The position numbers and the translations under genes are program-made. A DNA stretch of 64,000 nt from Antedon mediterranea (taxonomy: Eukaryota > Animalia > Echinodermata): contig NC_092671.1 of the NCBI RefSeq assembly GCF_964355755.1, positions 35,784,304 through 35,848,303 on the forward strand. The letters run 5' to 3'. Shown here in pieces: positions 12,876 to 45,459 of this stretch (position 1 is its first letter; every line of letters begins with the position of its first letter). Below the pieces are notes generated by a model. It saw nothing but the letters and a program-made list of their open reading frames with translations. It did no database searches and had not been told where the DNA came from.

Positions 12876-14001
12876 ATTAGTATTCGGCTATATACTCGGC
12901 GCGTATGTCGTCTTATGGCGTTCAGCTGAGTTAGAAATACGTGATACGGACTCGGACTGACAATAAATACACAGTAGAATGATAAAAATATAAATAAAGA
13001 GAGCAGTTGTTTGCTGTACCAAATCATCAAACATCAAACTCTTAGGAACTCGCCCAAAATGGGTTTATCCATGAAGTATGAATCGGGTTTTTTTTTAATG
13101 TTGTTTTTTTCACGTTATCCGGTACACAGCAGCTCAAATGCCCGAGGCTCCATTCGTGATCAACAATGTCGATAATACAAACACATTCACGATAACGAGT
13201 GACTTTTATTTTATAATTGAAATATATCTTTATTTTTGAATAATAAATAACACCAACAAAAACACTTTAATTCCTAAAATAATATTGTAATTATTGTTAC
13301 ATTACCGGCCGTATTATATAATAATAAATAGAGTATTCAAATTAATAACTTACCTTACATCTTGTTGCACTATAGTTTACTTTTGAAGACATAATTATGC
13401 TGTTGAGTCAATTTCATTTGACAGAACGCTGTAATGAATACTATGTGGTATAGTGTACTGTATTAAAAAGGTACAGTATTAAAAGTTTAAACTGATTTCA
13501 GGTTTGAGGTGTTTCAAATGTGGGAGAACTCGACATTGAGGTCAGTTTATGTTCCATTGGCCAATGGCAATGGTCATTTTACTATGGTCATCATATTGGA
13601 ATGTGCCTTAACAGTTAATGCTCGGCTAGGGAATACTGTACTTGCCTTTGAAAGTTGACCTCGCATTGTTTCATTGTCAAAGATTCCCAATGATTATTAT
13701 AGTACATGCCTACTATATAAAACATTATGAATGCATTGATTTTAGTACTTAGTTTGTTTTAATTCATATTGGTCGATAGGTATTGTATTGTTTAATACTG
13801 TTTCGTGCCACCCAATCTTCAATACTTTTCATTCCCATACTTTAGTAATTTTATCTGTCTGTAATATTGAAATGTATATCTTAAATCTTTTCAGTACTGT
13901 TACACCGTCTTTATGGAAATGTTTACATATAGTAGGTTCATGTACGTTTTATACGTTTTTACGTTTTGTGGGTAACAAATAATTTATCAGGGCGATTCTT
14001 A

Positions 14002-15054
14002 TCCCATATGTGGCAACTGCATGCCCATATATTTTACAGATGAACCCCATGTATGTTGTGGGTGTACCAAAATGCATTTGTAATGGGAATACCCATATGT
14101 ATTTGCCCATGCTTTTCGCTTACGAATCCCATATGGATCACAAATGGGCAACCCATATGTATTTGCCCATATATTGTACAGATGGGCCCCATGTAAGTTG
14201 TATATGGGCATACCCATATGTATCAGCCCAGGTTTATGGCATATGGGCCCCGTGTATTTTTTGTGTGGGCAAACCCATATGTATTTGCCCATGCTTTTAG
14301 CTTATGAATCCCATATGGGTCACAAATGGGCAACCCATATGTACCTGCCCATCTATTGTATAGGTGGGCCCCATGTACGTTGTATATGGGCATACCAATA
14401 TGCATCAGCCCATGTTTATGGCATGTGGGCCCCATGTATTGTGGGTGTGGGAAAACCCATATGTATTTGTCCATGCTTTTAGCTTACGATACCCATATGG
14501 GTAAAAAATGGGAAACCCATATTTACCAGCCCATAAATTGTATATATGGGCCCCATGTACATTGTAAATGGGCATACCCATATGTATCAGCCCATGTTTA
14601 TGGCATGTGGGCCCCATGTATTTTTTGTATGGGAAAACTCATAAGTATTTTCCCATGCTTTTAACTTACAAATCCCATATGGGTCACAAATGGGAAACCC
14701 ATATGTATCTGCCCATATATTATACAGATGGGCCCCATGTACATTGTATATGAGCATACCTACCCATATGTAACAACCCAGGTTTATGTCATATGAGCCC
14801 CATGTATATTGGGTGTGGGCAAACCCATATGCATTTTCCCAGCTGTTTGGTTTATGAATCCCATATGGGTTAAAAATGGGCAAGCCCATGTATCTGCCCA
14901 TATATTTTACAGATGGGCCCCATGTGGGTAAAATGTGGGCAGGTTATATGTGTGTTTTCCCACCTGGGCCCCATATGGGTTGAATATTCCATAGCCCACA
15001 TAAACTTGCCCAGGTAATTTATATATGGGCCCCATATGGGCTTGCTACCTGGGT
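14002..15054. repeat. 182-bp higher-order satellite (duplicate of 3352-4399)
   Basis: Near-identical copy at offset 10650-10655. Confidence 0.9.
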
Positions 15055-15369
15055 TGGGTACGTAAACAATTGAGTGTAATGAAAATATTAAAAATGTAAA
15101 CAAAATATGTTTAATTGTTAATGAATTAATTGCGTCTTTGTGTTATGTTTTTGTGCATACTTTTAAAAATCTACCACATACAATACCTAACGCGTACATG
15201 TTTAGTATGTCAGCTTTTCACTCTATAGGTACTAATTTTGTTCAGCATTCGGACTGTGATTGTCCGATGATTGGAATGTGCAAGTCATTTATTCATATAT
15301 GTCCAGTGTCTTATCTGATACTTTAGATATGTAGACCTACACAATGTTAATAACGCCATTCAGTTTGAA

Positions 15370-18300
15370 ATGGCGGGTAGAAGCACAACACTACTATGTC
15401 TACTTATCGTCTGCACGTCGGGGTGTGTGGCAAACAAGGAAAACCTCCAGCCTGTAATTGAAGCTAAATTTGGTAAAGTGTTTGGTAAATCCGTTACTCT
15501 CGACGTGAACGACGATTATTTCCCAGAAGTGAAAACTGTAGATGTATACCAAAGTATCCCTTACGCCGAATCACCGGTTGGTGCACTTCGCTTCAAGCCT
15601 CCGGTAGCAAAAACGTGGGATAAGGATGCCTTGTTTAATGCTACTGGTCCACAGAATTCATGTGTTCAAGAAATATTTCCAGCTTTACCAATTTTGGAAG
15701 AACAGAGCGAAGACTGTCTTCATCTTGATATATATACACCACACCCCAAGGTAGCCCATGTTTTATTAGTGAATTAGGCCTACATCAATATTTACATTAT
15801 ATGAGTGTTAGTTAAAGTTCAATTTGTTAGTTTAATCTTTAACAATATACTTAAATAGAATCCAAGAATTTTTACACTGAACAGTTTGCGGAAGCAGTAC
15901 TTCAACCTGGTAAATAATAAATACCGTACATAACATGTCGCTTTACCTGACCGTCTTCACAGGAAAATCACAGTTGTATTTGTCCATTTTACTTTGTGAA
16001 AATGTAAATTGATATTATGTTTACTTATATAATATATAAAAAAATATTTATTTATTCATTATATTTAGCCGGTAAAGGCTGCTGTGATGGTCTTCATTCA
16101 TGGTGGTGGGTTTTCATTCGGCATCGGAACAACCAGCAACATGTCACAAGTACCGATGGTTGCTCTCGGGAACGTCGTCGCCGTCAACATCAACTATCGT
16201 CTGAGTGTCTTTGGCTTTTTATCCACAGGTTTTGTAATCTATCTAAAAATATTAAACTTTTTTACTAATTTTTAACAAGTTGATAAAACTATGATTGATA
16301 AAAAACCGTAACACTTCAAAGTGTTTTTACATCTTCAACCATTTTTATTCAATATTCATTCATGCGGCAATATCGTATTGTCATAGACAGACATAATATA
16401 TAAATATTTTGTAATAAAATAAACATATTTATTAAATCTTTGGAAGACAAATGAATAAATAGTATTGTTTATTCATTTGATAGGTGACGATGTAGTGTCG
16501 GGAAACATGGGGTTGAAGGATCAAACACTAGCCCTCCAATGGATTCGTAACAATATAGCCGGTGAGAAGAAGTTCAATCTTAGATAACAGTTTACTAGCT
16601 TTTTCTTTTGCTGTTTCACATTTGGATTTTGTTTCTCAATTGAACTGACTCTCTGTTCACCCAACACCAAATAACAGTATAATATTATATTTCGTGATTT
16701 ATTTTCAGAATTCGGAGGTGACCCAGATAGAGTTACGATCTATGGTGAAAGTGCTGGTTCAATTTCAGTAGCAGACCATGTAGTATCGCCTATGAGTAAA
16801 GGATTATTTCATCGTGCCATTATGCAGGTACGAAATTAAATTTGTTTATGTTTTAGGTATAGTTTGGAACTCAACGCAGTGACTTGCACTGCGCGTCCAC
16901 GTCCTAGTGCGCATTAAGCTTTTATTATCAAATTTTAATAAAAATAATAGTTTAAATCATGAATGTATCGGTTATATATACTAGAGTGGAACGGTTGTGG
17001 AAAGTTTAAAATCAGAATCGAAGAGAGTACAGAGATCAAGAGCGTTTGCGTTTGGCAGAACGTTAGGATGTGACCAGTCAGATACTAATGAACTCGTACA
17101 ATGTCTTCAGGCTATTGATAGTCAAACACTTGTAGCAAATTGTTCAGTAAATGTGAGTTGTTAAGACATTATTATATTAGATGTATTATTCTTTATTATT
17201 AAAACGTAGCAACTGTTTTTAAAACAGACTGAAGTTTAATAGAGTATATAGTTATTAACACTATAAAAACTCTTTTACTGCACCATTATTTCAATACTCT
17301 TTGTTCATGATGTAAGCCTTATAAGCTAAGGCTTACATTATTATTGCTTGGTGGGAGTCATTTTTTTACCTCATCATTAGCGAACATCTTAAATGCATTC
17401 GACCAATGGAATATAGTTGATTGTTATTAATCCTATTCTTTTTAATAGACGGCGGTAGAAAATGGAGAGAATCCTTATTCGTTTATGTTTCTTCCTAACG
17501 CTGATGGAGAATTTCTGCCAGATGATCCGAATAAACTTTATGATGACCCGAACGCAATAAATGACGTTGACATCATTTTGGGAACTCTTTCTGATGAAGG
17601 ATCTGTTTTTGTAAAACAGAGTATGGTAGGAGAGGTAGTAACCAATCGTACATTCTATGACGAGTATGTAACTGGAATGAGTGCCATGATATTTCAGGCT
17701 GAGTTTGAGTTGGAAAAAGATCTTTTGAAGTTTGTGTATCTTTCTGATGAACAACTAGCTAATCCAGATTCAGATCATTACTATAGTCTTAGTCAAATGG
17801 CGGGTGACGTAATGTTCGTCTGTCCAACAGAAAAGACCGTGAGACTATTGGTCACAGCTGGAAAAGAGAATGTATATCTTTACAAAATGACACACGAACC
17901 TTCTCGATCATTCTGGGGAATGTCTGGTATAAATGATGCTGGAGCTACACATGGTGAGGACTTGGTGTTTGTGTTCGGTATGCATTACAATGAAGGAAAC
18001 GGTTGGTTTTACGGAAATTTACTTGCTGAAGAAATTCGCCTTACTAATGCAATGATGACTTACTGGTCAAATTTTGCCAAGACAGGGTACGATATTATTG
18101 TCTGGTTATTCATGCTTTAATATTAAATGAGAAGGGTTTTCATTTTTTGCTTATATTTTGTAATTACAAATTAAGATAGGCCTACAAGTCTTTAAGTTTC
18201 GTCTCTGCTTAAATGTCTTATTTATAGTGTATTAACTTATAACTCTTGTATATATCTTTGGCTGTCTTTATGTTACAGTGTTTTTATAACTTTTCCTATT

Positions 18301-18757
18301 TTTTTTTATCAGAGACCCTAATAACTCTGATGGTGATAGTAACTTGGTTTTGGCTTATCCAAAATGGCCAAAATTTACACTTGCTGAGCATAGTTACAAG
18401 GATATTTCAACAAACATGCAAAACAGTAATGTATTGAATCTCAAGATGTGTACATTTATTAATGATATTCTACCAAAGGCAAGGAAAGTGCAAGGTTAGA
18501 ATTTAATTTAATTTATTGAATAATTTTTATTAAAATTTTCGGAATCGTACTTTTAAAATTAAGTATGTTATGTATCGTATTTAAATTTTATACCAACAAT
18601 AACATACTGTAAGTTAACATACCGGTAGTACATAATATGGTTTATTTTGATTCTGCTATATCATATTTTAGATAAACTGAAGACATTTGAGAAAGAAGAA
18701 CACGAGAAGACAAAATATTCGTGTACATCTGGCTCCTGTGAAGAGAAAAGGCCATAA
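15370..18757 (+). CDS. Secreted type-B carboxylesterase (CES4), recent duplicate of CES2
   Basis: Exons 15370-15750, 16069-16228, 16484-16561, 16709-16827, 16985-17152, 17449-18086, 18313-18494, 18672-18757; catalytic triad intact. Confidence 0.92.
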
Positions 18758-19325
18758 ATGAATTCTATCATCCAAAGTCTACAGATATTTTACTCCTGCA
18801 ACAAAGCTTTTTGTTCGAAATTCAGTTAATTTTTCAAATTCACTTACGATTTTGCACATTATATTTTTGAGAGGAGTAGAGAAAATAGGTATAGTGTGTG
18901 CCAGATATCAGATTTTGGCCACACCACGGTATTACTACTAGCTAGACTAGGCGTCTAAGATGAGTTTGAATTGAAATTTTTGGATATTAAAATAAAAAGA
19001 AATGGGTTTACGCAACTAAATCAGGATTATATAATGTTTTCTTACTTCTACAGTACTTTGTATGCTTTTGACGCGTTTGTACATACTCAAATTCTATCAT
19101 ATACAAAACGCACCTAACGAGTAAATGTTTAGTAGGTCAACCTTTCACTGCACTCTTTTAACTAATTTCGTTCAGCATTTCATCCGGATCCAGGTGACAC
19201 TGTGACTATGATTATATCCGCTGTCGGGATGTGCAAGTCATAAGTACTTCTTCATATCTAAATATACAGTGTCTTATCTGATATTTTTACTTAGATATGT
19301 ATACAATAACTCCACTCAGTTCGAA

Positions 19326-23124
<3,799 letters not shown>

Positions 23125-24167
23125 AAATCGTTTATAGAGTGTATGTTCTTACTTACAAATTCGATAATAACTAAAATTATAATTATTAAAATACCTCTTG
23201 GTCTTTATAAGGTAAACTTGACTTGATAATCCTTTAGTTTATCTTTCGCGTTCGTTTTGTTTGTTTGAAGAGATCTGAAGAAAATGCCTACAGAAAAGTT
23301 CTTTAAACAGGTCTTTTTTAGTTGAGAAAAAAAAGAAAAGGAGACATTGTAAAACGGTCCACTTCCCCGGATGAAGCAGTGGTATTATATCGCATGAGCC
23401 GAGATATTAGTTAAGATAAGTAAATGCACATTTACAAGTAACTATGAGAACGAGTCTTAATAGCAAGAAATACTAACCATTATTTAACAAATCTTACCAT
23501 CAGTCAGAACTATCAAAATAAATCCTAGATACCGACCAAATTTCTCTTCATATCTAAAAGTTTCTACGACTTTTCTCCACTATTTCTTTTCAACATCAGT
23601 TGATTTTATTTTTTTTCGCCGTTTCGTCTGGATTCGGTTAATACAAAAAAAACTATTTAGGCCAGAATTTAAAAATATTTCTTTCAGAAATTGGAGATTG
23701 AAAAATCTATAATTATATCGAATTGTTAATCCCGATGTTATTTCAAATTATTCATCCTTGGGCCTATTTCGAAGTTAAAATTCGAAAATATTCGAATTAT
23801 TAATTTGAAATGTGACTAATAATGTAATTTTTTAAACATAAACCGGCAAACATTAATATTGTTTTTCTCATGTAATCATTCAATAACATAATACTTGATG
23901 GAAACAGCTTTTATTATGCATACAAAATTGTACTTACAACGACTCGAGGTGACCTGACATGCCAGTTCAGATCAACTTTAAATAAAGCGTTTTCCAGATG
24001 ACCCGTAGAGTTGTTAAGGTCAAAACACTTTCTTAGGTATATGGCAATCCCAATATAATATGATAATAATCAGTTTGCAAAGTCATATTTGATATGCATG
24101 GGCGCTGCTATGTACACAGTGTCTCTATTGACGTGGTTGTGTACAAACTTCATTCAGCTAGTTCGAA

Positions 24168-27728
<3,561 letters not shown>

Positions 27729-28415
27729 ATGAAAGTATTGTGCAAGTGTAATTGATGAATAATTTGTGTGTGTCAACATAATTATAATGAGAATTTGAAA
27801 TTTACATCAAGTGTAAAACATATGACGTACATTTCACGTTCGCTTTGCTGATTAATAAGTTTGTTCAATGATGAAATAACAAGCTTACCATATCAGAAAA
27901 AAATTATCACTCTTCCCTGAACAGGAAACAAGTTCACTTTGGTCTGTGTGTAAGCCAGTGGCCTTAAAACATAAACATTTCATAGTGTGCCAAACAAAAT
28001 GTTCGTTTCTTGACAGCATATACAATAACATTTGCTATTAACTTAATCGTATTTGGGTTTCTAGACTTAAATAATAAAACAAAGTAGAACATATTTTAAA
28101 TATAATTTATTTCTTGATTATGTAATGGACAGTTAAAAACAAAAGAATATTAACACTTGATTAATTATAAATTAAATATTAACGAGTTATTGTAGTTAAG
28201 ACAAATAAACACAGATTCAAGTAACTATAAAACGAGTCTTAAAATAATGTTTAACACGTTAGTTTGATAGTTAGCACTATCAACAACTTAAATCAATGAA
28301 TTTTAATCATTTAATAAATCCTATACCGACTCCAACACTTTTTCCAATAACTAGGCCTATAGGTTTTAGTATTTGTTCACATGATCAATATTGATTGTAT
28401 TTTCGTTTCGTCCCG

Positions 28416-29362
28416 GACGCGATTTTTTTTTCGTACATAAGTTGGGGACCCCCCTCATGAAACGTCACAAAATAAACATGAATAATTCATCAGTTAAATT
28501 TTCTTGTTCCGTGTGCACCCAAGCGTATAGCAACAAGAAGTGATTACACAAGTGCGGTACGATTCTAGGCCTATCCTCCGCTGTTGTTGCGGCGTGCGAT
28601 TTCATAGAAGAATAGCGGCGTTTTGTGTGGATTGTCGAAATAATCAGCCTTTAGTTTATGGTGTTTTTAATATAATTTTTTACTAAAGAATTACGTGTTA
28701 AAACTATAGTTTCTATTAATACTATTAGGCCTAATTATTAGTCTCTAAACCCATGTCTATTCTAGTAGTAGCTGTGTGGGTGTGCATGACGTGTGTGTGT
28801 TAGGTATGACCAAAGATAGTTACACTATCTTTGGTATGACACAATCCGAGTAATAAGTCAGCAAAATTAAACAATAAACATTACACAAAAATACATTTTT
28901 TATTCTCGTGGGTCAAATCTTCCCATCTCATGTGTTCATATACGCGCATTTTTAAAGTTCCTTTGAGTACATGCATATTGTTTGATAATAAAATAGCAGA
29001 ATTAAAAAAATACAGTACACAAATTATACACATTCTTTATTCTTGTGGGTCTAAGCTTTCTTTGGGCTATGTCCAATGAATTACTACTTAGTTTAATGTC
29101 TTGCCGTACTTGCCTAGCTGTCGATTAGCCTCGACTCGACACATTTTGTGTGAAGAAGAGTGCGCGAAGGCAATCACGTGAATTGACTTCGAATCCTAGG
29201 CCTACTGTAGAAAGTATCGTATCGCAGTTGTGTAATCACTTCTTGTTGCTATACGCTTGGGTGCACACGGAACAACAAATTTAACTGATGAATTATTCAT
29301 GTTTATTTTGTGACGTTTCATGAAGGGGTCCCCAACTTATGTACGAAAAAAAAAATCGCGTC
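28416..29362. mobile_element. Non-autonomous DNA transposon with ~145-bp TIRs at a CCCGG site
   Basis: GACGCGATTTTTTTTTCGTACATAAGTTGGGGACCCC... is matched in reverse complement at ~29215-29362; CCG on both sides (28413-28415, 29363-29365). Confidence 0.88.
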
Positions 29363-29702
29363 CCGGACCAGAAGAAAAATAGTAAAAATAGTGATCGAAT
29401 TGTCAACTCGAAACGTTGACTTAGTAATGCTTAGTTTCTTTATTAAACCGGCAAGCTTTGTTATAATTTTTCTCATGTAATCATTCAATAACAATGGAAA
29501 CAGCCTTTGTTGCGTGTGAATTTGACCTGAACAGACTGACGTGTTCCGGGTGAACCTGTTCCTGGTGAACAATCAACAGTTCAGCTTTGAGACGCTCACG
29601 TAAGTATGATTAGATATATTAATTCAATTTGCAAAAGTCATATTTGATATGTACACAGTGTCTTTTATCGGCGTGACTGTATACATAATAATTCAGTTCA
29701 AA

Positions 29703-35759
<6,057 letters not shown>

Positions 35760-36004
35760 ATGAAAAGTATTGTGCAAGTTTTGATTCAACCTGTTACTGG
35801 CGGTTTCATCGCTGTTGGTTGTAAAATGAATGAAATAAAAAACTAAAAAGTGAATAATTTGTGTGTGAAACATAATTATGATGAGAACTTGAAATTTAGG
35901 CCTACATCGTGTGTGTGAAACACATGACGTACATTTCACGTTCGCTTTGTTTGTTTGTTGATTAATTAATGTATTCTCAATATAAATTGTTTTGGCAAAA
36001 AAAG

Positions 36005-36215
36005 AGAGATCGACGTTTCAGTACCATCATATAACCATTTTCAAGATCAAGTGAATACAAAGCAATAATAATTATGTGCACTAAGCACCAAAGTTGGTGA
36101 AAGGAAATGCTACTGAGGGCTAATTAAGTAATTACCTCCTCTTAATGAGTTAGATAAACAATTTAGCTTTAATGGAATCCGATTGTTTATTGAGTGTAGG
36201 TTTTAATGTATTCAA
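36005..36215 (-). mobile_element. Penelope-like element 3' remnant
   Basis: Minus strand 36215-36150 translates LNTLKPTLNKQSDSIKAKLFI*, resembling the GIY-YIG C-terminus of Penelope elements, followed by TTGAAAATGG...GAAACGTCGA. Confidence 0.65.
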
Positions 36216-37505
36216 TGAATGAAAGACAAACATCAATTTTTACAGTGTAATTTTTGACTAATTTGTGTGTGAAACCAGGGAAGAGTTAAATTTAACTCTT
36301 TCCTGGTGAAACATAATGATGTGAACTTGAAATTTACATCTTATGAAACATAAGACCGGTACATTTCAAGTTCGCTTCGTTCGTAATAACAATAAGTATA
36401 CCACTTTTTTCACTCTTCCCATAGATCATAAACTGATAAGATACAAGCGAATATTAAAACTGTTGTTTAATTAATTAAATATTAAACAAAAACGTTGTTG
36501 TATGGAAATTCCATGAAGGATCACCAACGAAATACCGCAATATCGCGGAATTTTAATTATCCGAACAATTGACTCCGGTACCGGACCTTGCTATCTTGGT
36601 CACACAACACCCACATCCTCCATCTCACATCCGATCCTCGTCTCCTCTGCCATCTGTCGTCTCTCACCGGTTGTCTCCAAACTAGTGTCTCCCATACAGC
36701 AGTCCCGCATTATCCGCTTTCCACCCTCCATCTCCCATACTCCATCCCACCCAATGTTTTCGTGATATACATTAATTTGTATCGGGGTGATTGAATTAAA
36801 AATTGAATTATAGTTATTGATTACATTAGAAGGGATACTTTTGAATTTACCGTTTGCAATTAACAAAGATTCATAATTGCCAATATAATCGATGATATTA
36901 ATGACGAAATAATTGCCCACAGAGAATACATTACCTGAGGTAAAAATACTAGGACGCAACGTGCCGTAAGAACACAACTTAGCTTGCGTGTTGGGGGAAC
37001 CGATGACGTAAGCACGGTGCCAATAGAGACTATTCAAAACTGCATGATTTCAACTTCTCCAAAAGAGGGGTAATGCGAAACTGATAGAAGAGTATTGCGT
37101 CGGTTACGTTCTATATCTAGTGGAAATCATGATTTACGGCATAAACCTGTTAAATTTATCGATCATAAGTACACAATGAGAGTGTAAAATCATACACATA
37201 TTAAAAGTTATTTCGTTTGAACTAAATTGTTAATCCTGTTGTCCTGGGAGTTATTAGCTTTACTATAAGTAAGATTATTTGCATTGAAAATAATAATTGG
37301 TTTGTATTTCAGAAAGTGTGGATTTATACTTAAGTCCTTGACCTTATACTGAAGAATGTTAAAATAAAACACGGGAATAATAATCAAAAAGATAACAAAA
37401 GGAACAATACATCCAACTACCGGGAGATCATTGTGATATTTTATAACAATTGTACTGAGAGACTTCCTTCAAACATAACACTGTTTGTTGTTTTCATTAT
37501 CCCTC

Positions 37506-37530
37506 TATAAAAACGTGTTCTAGGTCAGTT
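37506..37530 (+). promoter_or_regulatory. Possible core promoter of CES8 (TATA + Inr)
   Basis: TATAAAAA at 37506 and TCAGTT at 37525, ~90 nt before the ATG; spacing is shorter than canonical. Confidence 0.3.
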
Positions 37531-37614
37531 GTTGGGCATAATACTGCGAGTGTGGATCCCCAGTGTGTAGCGACGGATACAAGTTTCAGGCAGACTGTCG
37601 TAGGCTACATTAAG

Positions 37615-43244
<5,630 letters not shown>

Positions 43245-43437
43245 GGAGGAGAGAAGTGAAATAGACAGTGTAGACACTAGAATAGTTTGTTCAAAATGTT
43301 TTTAATCGTTTGTAAATAATCGTTCGTAAATAACAATCCCTTTTAAGAAATGCGTAAATTAAGAGTTCCTTTGAAGTGAGATAAAAGAAGTGTTGAAGAA
43401 GAAAACGTAAAAGGCAAAAGCCCACCTGTATAACGTT

Positions 43438-43533
43438 AAGTTCCGTGTACACTATCAAACATCATCGTGTCCATTATGGGTAAATCACATTTTGTTGTCA
43501 CGTACATAAAATTGAATAGTGTAGACAGAGCTT
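43438..43533. mobile_element. Internally deleted MITE, same family as 39096
   Basis: AAGTTCCGTGTACACTATCAAAC ... ATAGTGTAGACAGAGCTT. Confidence 0.7.
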
Positions 43534-44806
43534 AAGTCCAACGGGAGCACTGTACAGTTTGATTTAATTCAATTTATTCTAAAAAACCTCCAGAATGATG
43601 GATAGATATGGGCCCTACAGTAAATTAAAATTGAATAATACTGTAATGATCGTAATAATTATAGTTTATGATATTACATTGAAATAACATACCGCCATCT
43701 TTCAATACTTTTATATTAATATTAATCATAAATAATGATGGCGTATTCCATTTCTTGGAGTGCGGTAGCCAGGTGAAGATACAAGTGACATACAGGATTG
43801 TTTAAATGGGTGTGGGACCAGGGCGTAATGAGAAATTAAGTGATGAATTTAAATATATATTTCCCCCTAAGCAATTTTAATTTTTTTTTAAATATGCCAC
43901 TTTATTTAAATTTAAATTAAAAATTATTTAGGCTACCTGAAAAAAAAAAATAATTTAAAGCAAAAAAAATACAAATGTTTTTGATTAAAATTAACCGTTT
44001 CGTTTGTCTTTTTATAAATTATTATTTTTTTTACAGAAGTGAATAACTTTATTAAAACTGCAAAATGGCCTATTTAAAGTCTGATTTAATTAATCTTATT
44101 TTTCATGTTTTTGCCACAATAGGCCTACATCTTTAACCTATCATCGTAATTGTCGGCCTCCTCCTACATCCGCCTATGGGCCCTTACTAGAAGTTTCGTA
44201 TGCTTTTTTCCGTAAATGAGCGTTTTTAAATATTAAAGTATACATTCCTGTTTATATTTCCATTAATATGTAAGATAGACGAAATAAATATCCCTGTGTT
44301 TTAAATCCAGACGACTGTGTTTATTCTTCAAAGACAGGTAGGCCTACGTCAGAAAGAGAGTAAACACTTAAAACCCTTTGAATCGTGGTCCAAAACGTCT
44401 CTCCCATACCGGTGATAACAATGTATTAGCAGGGAGTTGCCAAGAAGTACTGAAATTGAAATAAATGTATCTGACCGAAATACATTCCTCGAAATAATTA
44501 TCGTAATTGCTGAATAGATTGTTACGCAAACAACAATATCATTGTCAACAAACTCCTACCTGTAATACTGCATGGCTGACTAATTCCTATTGATACCCCA
44601 GTACAAAAGCATTCATACAATACCACAGCATACGTACCGAGATTAAAACGTATGATAGTTTTCGCTAATCAGTAAGTTCCGAATTGTTATATAAAGCAAC
44701 ACTGCATACACCTGTGGTACTGTATTTCTTTCCATAATAAGAAGGAAAGTGGAGTGAATTTGTTTGGCTAGAGAGAGGATATACACCATACCAAATTAGC
44801 TTTATA

Positions 44807-44999
44807 ATGGAAGACGTGCCTAGCGAGGATCGTTCAAGTAAAGAAGGGGACGGTATCGATTGTGACAGCGACCATAGGCCTACGGTAACAGACGTCTCTC
44901 CCATTGATGAGGGGTTAGAGCAGGTTGTTAAGCGAAGGACTACTACATCCACTGATGTAAAAGACGAACGACCCAGAAGTTATGTTAGGTTTTCAGCTC
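44807..44999 (+). CDS. Candidate coding first exon (acidic, disordered), possibly an alternative start of the downstream aminotransferase gene
   Basis: ATAATGG start, GC-richer coding-like sequence, strong donor C|GTAAGT, TATATAAAG at ~44688. No partner exon is proven. Confidence 0.45.
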
Positions 45000-45459
45000 G
45001 TAAGTATTGCGTGTCGTACCGTATTTAGTTGTCAACATTTATATTCCTAACTAATAACAATCAGCTTAATCCGGATTAGGCCTAATAGATATAATGCCAC
45101 GTAAAAAATGTGTTCCTTTAAAAAAAGTGTGAGGGATTTTTGTAAGCATAGCAACTGACCGGAAGGGATAATGAAGTGAATGTTTTGTGTGTTCCTTGTT
45201 AACTAATTTTCAACATTCTTATAAGTTAACACATACACATAACTAAAATCTGAGTACGATTATTTACACTGTACAAATAGCTTGAAATGGAACTTTACCC
45301 GATGTCCGTTTCAGTTCATTTGCAAAAAATTGGATCAAAACCCACGTGGCCTAAATAGTTGATGTTTGAATTATATTTAAAATTTAAGATATTTGATACC
45401 ACAGTGTTACACCAACAAAAATTACATCACATTTGATAAAAACACTGCTGTACTACTAA

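Noticed and set aside
36588-37037. 145-aa minus-strand ORF and overlapping plus ORF
   Set aside because: Low-complexity CT-rich sequence with no recognisable domain or splice partners.
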